Source: Nitrospira sp. (lineage in GTDB: Bacteria; Nitrospirota; Thermodesulfovibrionia; Thermodesulfovibrionales; SM23-35). Taken from it: a stretch of 64,000 nucleotides of DNA. A program made the translations under genes and the position numbers. The stretch spans positions 5,101-69,100 of the forward strand of contig VGWX01000002.1 of assembly GCA_016873615.1 (NCBI GenBank). Reading direction: 5' to 3'. Positions within the stretch are counted from its first letter, which is position 1. Each line of letters opens with the position of its first letter. Shown here piece after piece: positions 46,757 through 54,977 of this stretch. Below the pieces are notes generated by a model. The model was given only the letters and a program-made list of their open reading frames with translations. It was not told the DNA's origin and made no database searches.

Positions 46757-47188
46757 ATGGAAGTAAAACAGATATCCTTATTCTTAGAGAATAAAAAAGG
46801 AAGGTTATGGGAAGCGATGGATGTTTTGGCAAAGGCAAAAATTAACATCAGGGCTCTCTCAATCGCTGACACATCCGATTTTGGAATCCTGCGTTTAATT
46901 GTTCCTGATCCCGATAAAGCAAAAAAGGTTCTCACAAAGAGCAACTTTACTGTCAGGGAAAACGATGTGATAGCAGTCGGCGTATCCGATAAGCCCGGAG
47001 GCTTGGCAGGAATACTGAAGATTTTAACCGATGCTGATATCAATGTCGAATATATGTATGCCTTTGTTGAGAAAAGCGGAGAAAAGGCAATTGTGGTGCT
47101 GCGGACAGACAGCATCAGCAACGGGAAAAAAGCGCTGAAAAAAGCTGGGATTACTGTGCTCTCTTCTCGGGATGTATATGGGTTATAG
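46757..47188 (+). CDS. tandem ACT-domain protein (copy 3)
   Basis: 143 aa. [29 protein letters not shown] and [28 protein letters not shown]. Confidence 0.8.
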   Translation: MEVKQISLFLENKKGRLWEAMDVLAKAKINIRALSIADTSDFGILRLIVPDPDKAKKVLTKSNFTVRENDVIAVGVSDKPGGLAGILKILTDADINVEYMYAFVEKSGEKAIVVLRTDSISNGKKALKKAGITVLSSRDVYGL

Positions 47189-48779
47189 CTTTTCTTCTCA
47201 TTTTCGCAAGTCTCCTTGTCACAAACACACAGGGCCTGCGTGAAATAACAACGTTGACCCCTTGAGCATCCAGCTTTTCTTTCAGGATTGCTTTTGTTTT
47301 CTCAACTTCAAAGGGATCGACCACCTCAATAGAATTCACGCCGCAGGATCTGCAAAGTTCCTCAAGAGAGATTTTTCCACCCTCTTCTCCCTTTGCAGTT
47401 ATACCGGTTAATGGTGTTGGCTGGTTCCCTGTCATTGCAACCGCTGAATTATCCAGAATGAGCACAAGGATATTTGCCTTGTTATAAACAGCATTGATCA
47501 GAGCAGGTATTCCGGAATGAATAAAGGTGGAATCTCCAATTACTGCTGCCACTCTTTTTACACCTTGTTTAGAAATTCCTGCTGCCTTACTAATGCCGGC
47601 TCCCATGCAGAGGCAGGTATCCACTATCTGATAGGGGGGATTAGCGCCAAGCGTATAGCAGCCGATATCACCGGCAGTAAATGTAGGCTTAACCGCTTTC
47701 AGAGCAGTATAGAGCTTGCTATGTGGACAACCCGGGCACAAAACAGGTGGTCTTGCTGGTAAAGGCTTAGAAGGCATATAACTTCTCTGACCTGTATTCC
47801 AGTCCGGGATATATTCAGATAATACATCGGGGCCGAGTTCCCCTGTGATGCTAATTTCCCCGGAAATCTTCCCCTTCACTTTAGTAGAATATCTTCTTGC
47901 GATCTCCTCCATAAAGGGTTCGCCTTCTTCCAAAACCCAGATTTCTTCAAGCCCTTCCACAAAATCTTTAATCAATGTTTCGGCAAAAGGGTAATAAGAT
48001 ATCTTCAGGATGGCATATTCAGGGCCATACTCTTTTGCATAGACATACCCGATGCCACAGGCTATAATCCCTTTTTTCCGTCCATTCTTAAAAGTCCTGT
48101 TCAATCCTGATTTTTCGCCCCAGATTCTTAAACCTTCCTGTTTTTCGATCAAATTTCTGTGACATCTCAACACATTGCTCGGGACAGCGATCATGTTCGC
48201 AGGATCTTTCCGTAGTAGAAGAGGGTTCTGCTCCCGAACAGTTCCTAACCTGACTGGTGAATAGGCATGGCAAATCCTTGTCACCGTCCTCAACATCACC
48301 GGAAGGCCCATCTTTTCGGATAATTCGAAGGCCATGATCGTCATATCCTTGGCTTCCTGTGAATCACACGGCTCAAGACATGGTATTTTTGCAAATTTTG
48401 CATAGAAACGGGAATCCTGTTCATTCTGTGAAGAATATGCGCTCGGATCATCAGATACAGCAAGGACTAACCCTCCTTTAATTCCGAGGTATGCAGCAGT
48501 CATTAAAGCGTCTGAAGCAACATTAAGTCCTACATGTTTCATGGAACATAATGCTCTTTTCCCAGCATAGGAAGCGCCGATTGCCGTTTCCAAACTCACT
48601 TTTTCATTTACCGCCCATTCAACTTCGCCATCGAAATTATGTGCGATATATTCGAGAATTTGCGTTGCAGGGGTTCCTGGATAACTTGTTGCCAGGGATA
48701 TCCCTGCCTCTATTGCACCCCTTCCAATTGCATCGTCACCTAACATGATAATTTCCTGATTCACTTGATTTAGTTTCAC
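47151..48779 (-). CDS. iorA: indolepyruvate:ferredoxin oxidoreductase alpha subunit (short form, no C-terminal ferredoxin domain seen)
   Basis: 542 aa. N-terminal pyrimidine-binding domain ([13 protein letters not shown]), CPGCPH cluster motif, TPP motif GDSTFIHSG...NSAVAMTG. Ends about 25 aa after ISRRPC. Confidence 0.82.
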   Translation of the reverse strand: MKLNQVNQEIIMLGDDAIGRGAIEAGISLATSYPGTPATQILEYIAHNFDGEVEWAVNEKVSLETAIGASYAGKRALCSMKHVGLNVASDALMTAAYLGIKGGLVLAVSDDPSAYSSQNEQDSRFYAKFAKIPCLEPCDSQEAKDMTIMAFELSEKMGLPVMLRTVTRICHAYSPVRLGTVREQNPLLLRKDPANMIAVPSNVLRCHRNLIEKQEGLRIWGEKSGLNRTFKNGRKKGIIACGIGYVYAKEYGPEYAILKISYYPFAETLIKDFVEGLEEIWVLEEGEPFMEEIARRYSTKVKGKISGEISITGELGPDVLSEYIPDWNTGQRSYMPSKPLPARPPVLCPGCPHSKLYTALKAVKPTFTAGDIGCYTLGANPPYQIVDTCLCMGAGISKAAGISKQGVKRVAAVIGDSTFIHSGIPALINAVYNKANILVLILDNSAVAMTGNQPTPLTGITAKGEEGGKISLEELCRSCGVNSIEVVDPFEVEKTKAILKEKLDAQGVNVVISRRPCVFVTRRLAKMRRKAITHIHPEKRAQ

Positions 48780-48892
48780 CTGAAAATACTCCTTTTAACC
48801 ATTTATATATATAGACAGCTTTTAATTATACCACTAAAATTTAAATATTTTTGCATTTCAGTGAAGTCATTAACATCATAACCCCACCTTAT

Positions 48893-48915
48893 CTCCCCTT
48901 AACTTAAGGGGGGAG
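48893..48915. repeat. GC palindrome CTCCCCTTAA-C-TTAAGGGGGGAG (REP-like hairpin)
   Basis: Near-perfect dyad read directly, followed by G-rich GGGGAGAGGGGGAG. Sits in the divergent gap between iorA and the amidohydrolase gene. Confidence 0.5.
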
Positions 48916-49046
48916 AGATGGGGAGAGGGGGAGTTATTGTTCATTTTGCACTACCAATTGTCAGAATAATGCGTGTAGAATATTCATGAAATGAAAGTAT
49001 TATTGATTTCCATACCCACGCCTTTCCTGATGATTTATCGGAAAGG

Positions 49047-49784
49047 GTGATAAAGATGCTCGAGGACGAGGGGGGTATCAAAGCTCATCTTGACGGCAAA
49101 ATTTCCTCCCTGCTTTCTTCAATGGACAACTGCGGGATTGAAAAGAGCGTCATCTGCAACATTGCAACAAAACCATCCCAGTTCGACTCCATCCTGCAAT
49201 GGAGCAAAACAGTCAGATCAGAAAGAATTATTCCATTTCCATCTATTCATCCTTATGACCCGGATTTTAAAGTTAAAATCGATAAAATAAAAAATAATGG
49301 TTTTAAAGGAATAAAATTTCATCCTTACTATCAGAATTTCACTATAGACGAGGAAAAGATTTTTCCTGTTTATGAAAAAATATCGAATGAGAACCTCATT
49401 CTGGTAATGCATACCGGATTTGATTTTGCTTTTCAGCGTATAAAGATAGCTGATCCTGAGAAAATAATCACGGTTTTAGAAAACTTTCCTTCACTTAAAA
49501 TGGTCACAACACATCTGGGCGCATGGGAAGAGTGGGAAGAGGTCGAGCGCTTTTTGCTCGGCAAACCCATTTACATGGAGATATCATTTTCGCTTGAGTT
49601 TTTAAATGACACTGTAAGGAAAATCATTTCCAGCCACCCGGCAGAATATATTCTCTTCGGCACAGATTCTCCCTGGACAGAACAACAGAAAACACTTTCT
49701 TTATTCAGGGAACTCCAACTTGGAGAAGAAAAAGAAGAACTTATTCTGCGGGAAAACGCCATGAAGCTGCTTGGTTCTGTTTGA
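49047..49784 (+). CDS. amidohydrolase-2 / TIM-barrel metal-dependent hydrolase (N-terminus probably lies further upstream)
   Basis: 245 aa from GTG 49047. KGIKFHPYYQ, VMHTG, TTHLG, FGTDSPW. The expected HxH metal motif (IIDFHTHAFPD) is in frame upstream at 48999-49031 but has no canonical start. Confidence 0.75.
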   Translation: MIKMLEDEGGIKAHLDGKISSLLSSMDNCGIEKSVICNIATKPSQFDSILQWSKTVRSERIIPFPSIHPYDPDFKVKIDKIKNNGFKGIKFHPYYQNFTIDEEKIFPVYEKISNENLILVMHTGFDFAFQRIKIADPEKIITVLENFPSLKMVTTHLGAWEEWEEVERFLLGKPIYMEISFSLEFLNDTVRKIISSHPAEYILFGTDSPWTEQQKTLSLFRELQLGEEKEELILRENAMKLLGSV

Positions 49785-49842
49785 TCTGTTGATAGGAGTA
49801 CCTTTTACAAAAATGAATTTAGTTTTTCTGGTAAGTTGTTGC

Positions 49843-51114
49843 TTAAAACAGCCTTGTCTGCCCTTTGATCTCTTTCCTCTCTACTGCCTCAAATATTTTA
49901 ATCTTGCCGAATTCACCGTCATAGCCCGGGACAATATGCACATTCCCGGAGCGCATCCTGTGAATCGCCTCCCTTAATAACAAAGACCCGGCCCTTTCGA
50001 TAGCATCAAGCGGGGTGTCCATAAGTATTGCAAACTCGTTTCCGAGGCTCTCGATGAGATGGAAATACTGTTTATTTACCGCCTTGCTGTTTACGCCAAC
50101 CTTCATAACCTGGGCAATTATTTCCTGAAGCGGAATGAGTGAATAAAAAGGGAGCGCTCCTTCAGGGCTGAAACCATTTTTCCTGTCAGCAAGTTTTTCG
50201 ACTCTGTGCAGAACACCAACAGTAACTTTTTTTCCGCACACTGGACAGAGATAATTGTGTCTTCTCGTCTCTTCCGGCGAGAGGTTCACGTCACAGGATC
50301 TATGACCGTCATAATGATACTTGCCCTCCTCAGGAAAAAATTCTACCGTCCCCAGAAAACCTTTTCTTGTCTTAATAGCTTCTGTGATCGTCTGATAAGA
50401 TATCTCCGTATCAAAGATATTCGCCTCACGCCCGAGTTTTGATGGTGAGTGCGCATCTGAATTTGATATGAGCGTTATTTTGTCAAGCGATGACAGCCTC
50501 CAGTTCATGGAGGGATTTGATGATAACCCTGTCTCAAGCGCATAGATGTGAGCGGTCAGTTCATCAAAACATTCCTCAAGTGAATCAAATCCCGATACAG
50601 CGCCAAATACAGAGAAATGAGGGGTCCAGATATGTGCAGGAACAAGCATGGCTTTATCAGATATATCAAGAATGATCTCCAGCAAATTTTTTGCATCAAG
50701 TCCAAGGATCGGCCTTCCGTCAGATGCAATATTCCCAATTCTTGAAAGGGCAATATTTATTTTTGAAACAACAGCAAGGTCAGGGGCAAAGATAAGACAG
50801 TGCACTTTGCGTACTTTTCCATTCTTTTTGTAAATGCAGCTTACCTCTGCGGTCAGCAGGAAACAGACCTCTCTTACACAGAGAGGAGGGACATTATTAA
50901 TTTTATAATTATCTTTTAATTTAAATAAGTTATCACATTCAGTATAAAGTTTTTCTTTTATTTCTTCATGCCAGTGAGGATGGGTAAAATCACCTGTTGC
51001 AACAACATTTATGCCCTTGAGTTGAGCCCACTTCCAGAGGCTTTCGGGTGACATGTCACTGCTGGTAGCACGTGAATATCGTGAATGAATATGCAGGTCA
51101 GCAATAAAACGCAT
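49843..51114 (-). CDS. PHP-domain nuclease, endonuclease Q-like
   Basis: 423 aa. MRFIADLHIHSRYSRATS PHP start, PAHIWTPHFS, SNSDAHSP, Zn-ribbon CPVCGKKVTVGVLHRV. Length and motifs match my memory of EndoQ. Confidence 0.6.
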   Translation of the reverse strand: MRFIADLHIHSRYSRATSSDMSPESLWKWAQLKGINVVATGDFTHPHWHEEIKEKLYTECDNLFKLKDNYKINNVPPLCVREVCFLLTAEVSCIYKKNGKVRKVHCLIFAPDLAVVSKINIALSRIGNIASDGRPILGLDAKNLLEIILDISDKAMLVPAHIWTPHFSVFGAVSGFDSLEECFDELTAHIYALETGLSSNPSMNWRLSSLDKITLISNSDAHSPSKLGREANIFDTEISYQTITEAIKTRKGFLGTVEFFPEEGKYHYDGHRSCDVNLSPEETRRHNYLCPVCGKKVTVGVLHRVEKLADRKNGFSPEGALPFYSLIPLQEIIAQVMKVGVNSKAVNKQYFHLIESLGNEFAILMDTPLDAIERAGSLLLREAIHRMRSGNVHIVPGYDGEFGKIKIFEAVERKEIKGQTRLF

Positions 51115-51120
51115 TGAGAG

Positions 51121-51723
51121 TCAGGCCTTTTGTCTCTTTCTGTGCCATAAAATATAAGCTAAGATCAGCAATGCACAGCCGATTATTGCGTATATGCTCC
51201 ACTGCCTGCTGACTTCGAGAATCTTCTCTTTATTGTTCCCGACAAAATACCCGATATATGCAAGTATCCATACCCAGATTCCGGCGCCGAAGGCGGTATA
51301 GAAAGAGAATTCAAGGAGATTCATTCTGCAGAGCCCGGCAGGAAACGATATATAATGCCTGACCCCAAGAATGAGTCTGCCGATGAAGGTACTTATATGC
51401 CCATGCTTCAGAAAGAATAACTCCCCTTTCTCAAAATGGCTTTTAGAAACACCGAAATATTTCCCATATTTCAGAATGAACGGCCTGCCGAAAAAGACAG
51501 CTATTGCATAGTTGAACAGCGCTCCCAAAACACTGCCTACGGTACCGGACAGGATCACCCCTGCCCAGCTCATCTTGTTCTGTGAGATAAGATATCCGGC
51601 AGGCGGTATCACAAGCTCTGAGGGCAATGGAATAAAGGTGCTTTCTATAAACATCAGAAGCACTATGCCGGGATAGCCTACAGTGCCAATTGTATCAATC
51701 AACCAGTTTAGAAACGCGTGCAT
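51121..51723 (-). CDS. DedA-family membrane protein
   Basis: 200 aa. FIESTFIPLPSELVIPPAGY and GRLILGVRHYISFPAG signatures. Confidence 0.85.
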   Translation of the reverse strand: MHAFLNWLIDTIGTVGYPGIVLLMFIESTFIPLPSELVIPPAGYLISQNKMSWAGVILSGTVGSVLGALFNYAIAVFFGRPFILKYGKYFGVSKSHFEKGELFFLKHGHISTFIGRLILGVRHYISFPAGLCRMNLLEFSFYTAFGAGIWVWILAYIGYFVGNNKEKILEVSRQWSIYAIIGCALLILAYILWHRKRQKA

Positions 51724-51901
51724 TTACCCTCCACAAAAAATTACTTTCCAGAAATTATGACTCCCGACATAAATCAGAAATAACTTTGTAGTGTACCTTT
51801 AAGTAAAGTATTTTGAAAAGTTTTTTTATGGTAATTTAATTCCTGGATTTTAAAAGAGTATAGATGACTAATTATTTTGCTGAATTTCTTTATACTTGCA
51901 C

Positions 51902-52186
51902 TTACTTTTTTACGGGCTTGTTCTTATCCATTAAAATCTGGCACGGAGATATGCTTCCTTTATAAACCTCTATATGGCAACTGCAACAATCTGTAATGTT
52001 GTTACCTGCCCTTTCTACCATTTTCTGATATTTTTGAGGATTCTTGATCTTTACTTTTTCGATATGCTCTTTCATTCCCTGCAACTGATCTGGAGGACTT
52101 ATGATTGGTTGAGCATCTGAGTTAACTCTTCCACAGAAAATAAAACTCAGACATATAATTGCAATAATCGTTACATGTTTCAACAT
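51902..52186 (-). CDS. small secreted monohaem c-type cytochrome
   Basis: 94 aa. Signal peptide MLKHVTIIAIICLSFIFC. Single CCSCH (CxxCH). Last gene of the cytochrome string. Confidence 0.65.
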   Translation of the reverse strand: MLKHVTIIAIICLSFIFCGRVNSDAQPIISPPDQLQGMKEHIEKVKIKNPQKYQKMVERAGNNITDCCSCHIEVYKGSISPCQILMDKNKPVKK

Positions 52187-52200
52187 ATGATCAATCTCCT

Positions 52201-53499
52201 TTAAAACAATGGTTTACCATAAGGAGTACCATCAATTGAACTGTTGCCGTGATAATGGCAATCCATGCAATTACGGTAATTTCCGCCTCCTGGATGGCAT
52301 TTTCCACACCCTAAACCTGAACCCGTAGGATGAGTATGCAGGTCCCCAACATTAAGATTGGTATGACATTTGCCGCAAAGCCATACCCATTCCTTCTTTG
52401 CCCTTCCATCAGGGCCTGTACCGTTGCCATTGTTTATGACAGTAACCACTCCGTTATTAACCTGTTTCCTTACAAGATAATTATTCGGTGAACCATGCGG
52501 TTCATGGCAATCTGTACAGGCTGTTATATATTGCCCGCACTTTGTCAGCCCATCGTAAGGCATGGCTAAAAGCGATGTTGCGCCCTGAGAACAATAGGTT
52601 GCCATATAGCCGCCATGATTTTCATTCGCCCAGTTAAAAGTTCGTAAATTTCTCAGCAGCTGATTGCTGTAAATAATGTTTGAGTTATTATGACAGTCGA
52701 TGCAAAATGTATTAAAATCAGCTAAATTGGACCCATCCTGAGTTGATGAACCGTCAGGTTCATATCCTGATGCAGCATTCGGCGCCTGGTAAATTCCGCC
52801 AAAAGAATTTGCATACATGTTCATCCTCTCTGCTGCAGCATCGCCCCAAAGGCCCCATGCATTATTATCCTTGCTGTGGAGACTTGGCCGTGAAACAGGG
52901 GAATATCCTCTTGTACCGGAGGTTTTCCTGCTGTTTGGCGCATTGGCAGGGTCTCCCTTTACCGCATGAGGATTATGACATGCAGCACAGGGATTGGAAT
53001 CATTTGTAAACCCCCATCTTCCATTGATAAATGTTTTTATATTGCCGAGGTTGTGGGAAGTCGCTGGTGAAATAAATGAGAATGCCTCCTTAATGTCATT
53101 CAGTGAATCAGCATAACCGCCTGCACGGTAGCTGTAGCTGCGGTTTATAAGACCTCCTGTTTGAAATGAGCTCAGGTCTGTATGACACTGAAAGCAAACA
53201 TTATCTGTCTGGTTTATATGATTGTTGTAGAACAGGGCATATTTGTCAGGGCCTCCAGTTGGGTTAGGCTCGGCTCCGCCGATGCTCGCATGCTGCTCAT
53301 GGCAGTGAACACAATTGCCAACTGAATAACCAAAAGAACTGATACTTGTACGGCTTACTCCATACGTGTTCTTTCCATGGGCAGAGTCAAGATAAGGCCC
53401 TGAATCGACAGTGTCAGGATACAGGAAGCATAGAGCTAAGAGCATAGAGCCAAGAGTAACTATCTGAAATTTTTTATTAAAACACTTATCTTTCTGCAT
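52201..53499 (-). CDS. secreted multihaem c-type cytochrome, 8 CxxCH
   Basis: 432 aa. CVHCH, CFQCH, CAACH, CIDCH, CTDCH, CGKCH, CGKCH, CMDCH. Low haem density with long Gly/Asn/Ser-rich loops. N-terminal CVHCHEQHASIGG resembles the neighbouring OmcS-like N-terminus. Confidence 0.85.
   Translation of the reverse strand: MQKDKCFNKKFQIVTLGSMLLALCFLYPDTVDSGPYLDSAHGKNTYGVSRTSISSFGYSVGNCVHCHEQHASIGGAEPNPTGGPDKYALFYNNHINQTDNVCFQCHTDLSSFQTGGLINRSYSYRAGGYADSLNDIKEAFSFISPATSHNLGNIKTFINGRWGFTNDSNPCAACHNPHAVKGDPANAPNSRKTSGTRGYSPVSRPSLHSKDNNAWGLWGDAAAERMNMYANSFGGIYQAPNAASGYEPDGSSTQDGSNLADFNTFCIDCHNNSNIIYSNQLLRNLRTFNWANENHGGYMATYCSQGATSLLAMPYDGLTKCGQYITACTDCHEPHGSPNNYLVRKQVNNGVVTVINNGNGTGPDGRAKKEWVWLCGKCHTNLNVGDLHTHPTGSGLGCGKCHPGGGNYRNCMDCHYHGNSSIDGTPYGKPLF
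53427..53461. repeat. 7-bp tandem repeat tract (AGCATAG AGCTAAG AGCATAG AGCCAAG AGTAACT)
   Basis: Five units in register, inside the signal-peptide coding region (GSMLLALCFLY) of the 8-haem cytochrome. Confidence 0.75.
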
Positions 53500-53543
53500 A
53501 AATCCTCTTATTTGTATTTATTCTCTCTTCAGTTTGCTCTTTA

Positions 53544-54746
53544 CTAATTCTTTGACGTATGACATACATTGCATCCATTTGGCTGACCATTTCCCGGCCA
53601 ACTCTTATAATCCCATCGCAACATCTTGAAATATGGCGATGCATGTGCCCGGTGACAGGAAAGGCACATAACCAGGTCTGTACCCAGCGTCACGGTACCA
53701 CTTGGTCCTGTCCAGCCACTCAAGGTAGGTCTTGCCACTGGAACTAATGGGTTATATGTACCTGTTGCACCGGAGGCACCGAAGGCGCTTGCATATTCAT
53801 CACTGTTGGGTATGATCAAATCCGAGGGATGTCTGATCCACGGGCTTCCGGTCGTTAGGTCATCCTCAATATGAAAATTTCCGTGACAACCGGTGCAGTA
53901 TGCTGTCATGGTATTTTCTCCGATCGCCGAGAACCCTCCAGCGGAAGTTTTTGTTCCGCTTGCACCTAAATATTCGTTATGATCGGTTGCGCTTGCACTA
54001 TATTGCCAGTCATCATCTTCTATGCCTGCCACACCAAAACCGGAACCACTTTTATGACCATCCAGAAAGCGGAACCATCCTTCAGCGGAGCTGTCTACAA
54101 CCGGACCTGTATCATCGAGGTGATGGTAACCTTTCGGACTGTCGCTTCCAACCATATGACATTTTGTACAGCCCTGACGGGAGGTATCGAACCCGAAGTA
54201 GGGTGGGCCCGTAGTTCCGTGAATATTCTCGTGGCATGAATTGGTCCCGCTGCATCCCCATGATTTTCCGGGCGCTTCATTTAATGTACTTTCAGGGTTT
54301 GAGGCAAAAATATTGTGTCCGGTGGTGTCCTCTGTCTGCACCCAGTAGAAATTTCCTGCCGACAGACCCATCACTGCATTATAGGAAGGCTGCTGGCTGT
54401 TGAAGACGATAGGCGCACCGGTTAACGGATCTTTCCAGGCACTCCCATCTGTCTTTGAATGGCAACCCAAACATGATCCGCGCAGGAGAGACTGTTTAGG
54501 TTTTGTATCACTTTCATCAGGAGCAAGGTACTGCATGTGGGCACCATTCTGACTGTTATGCATGGTATGGCAATTACTGCAATTACCGGTGACTTTGGCC
54601 TCCAGCTGCAATGCATAACTCCATAAGGCCATTACTGTAGAACAAATAAAAAATGCAGAATAAAATGAACGTAATCCTTTATTTTTTGCTTTTAAGCACA
54701 TTTTCCCCATGTCAGATGCCTGCGATCTATTCTCAATAAAAGACAT
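53544..54746 (-). CDS. OmcS-like secreted multihaem cytochrome (6 CxxCH + one CX5CH-like site)
   Basis: 400 aa. CSNCHTMHNSQNG, CLGCH, GHNI, CSGTNSCH, CTKCH, CTGCH, IRHPS, CLSCHRAHASPYFKMLRW, C-terminal CNVCHTSKN. Colinear with my recollection of Geobacter OmcS. The real start may be Met13 (54710). Confidence 0.8.
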   Translation of the reverse strand: MSFIENRSQASDMGKMCLKAKNKGLRSFYSAFFICSTVMALWSYALQLEAKVTGNCSNCHTMHNSQNGAHMQYLAPDESDTKPKQSLLRGSCLGCHSKTDGSAWKDPLTGAPIVFNSQQPSYNAVMGLSAGNFYWVQTEDTTGHNIFASNPESTLNEAPGKSWGCSGTNSCHENIHGTTGPPYFGFDTSRQGCTKCHMVGSDSPKGYHHLDDTGPVVDSSAEGWFRFLDGHKSGSGFGVAGIEDDDWQYSASATDHNEYLGASGTKTSAGGFSAIGENTMTAYCTGCHGNFHIEDDLTTGSPWIRHPSDLIIPNSDEYASAFGASGATGTYNPLVPVARPTLSGWTGPSGTVTLGTDLVMCLSCHRAHASPYFKMLRWDYKSWPGNGQPNGCNVCHTSKN

Positions 54747-54977
54747 TTCTATATATGAAGCAAAAGATATACCATGCAGTCCGATGAAGATAATTTAAGC
54801 ATTAGTTACATTATTTTACCAGATTCATCCCGCACGGTTCAATTAAGAATTAATCTTTTTGCTGATATAGCTTATTGTCAGGAGTTACAGGAAATTATTT
54901 CCGTACTGAAGAAGATGCCTTCTTAATTATCTATTGCTAATTTTACTGCCCCGCATTATCGTATCATTCTCAACATT

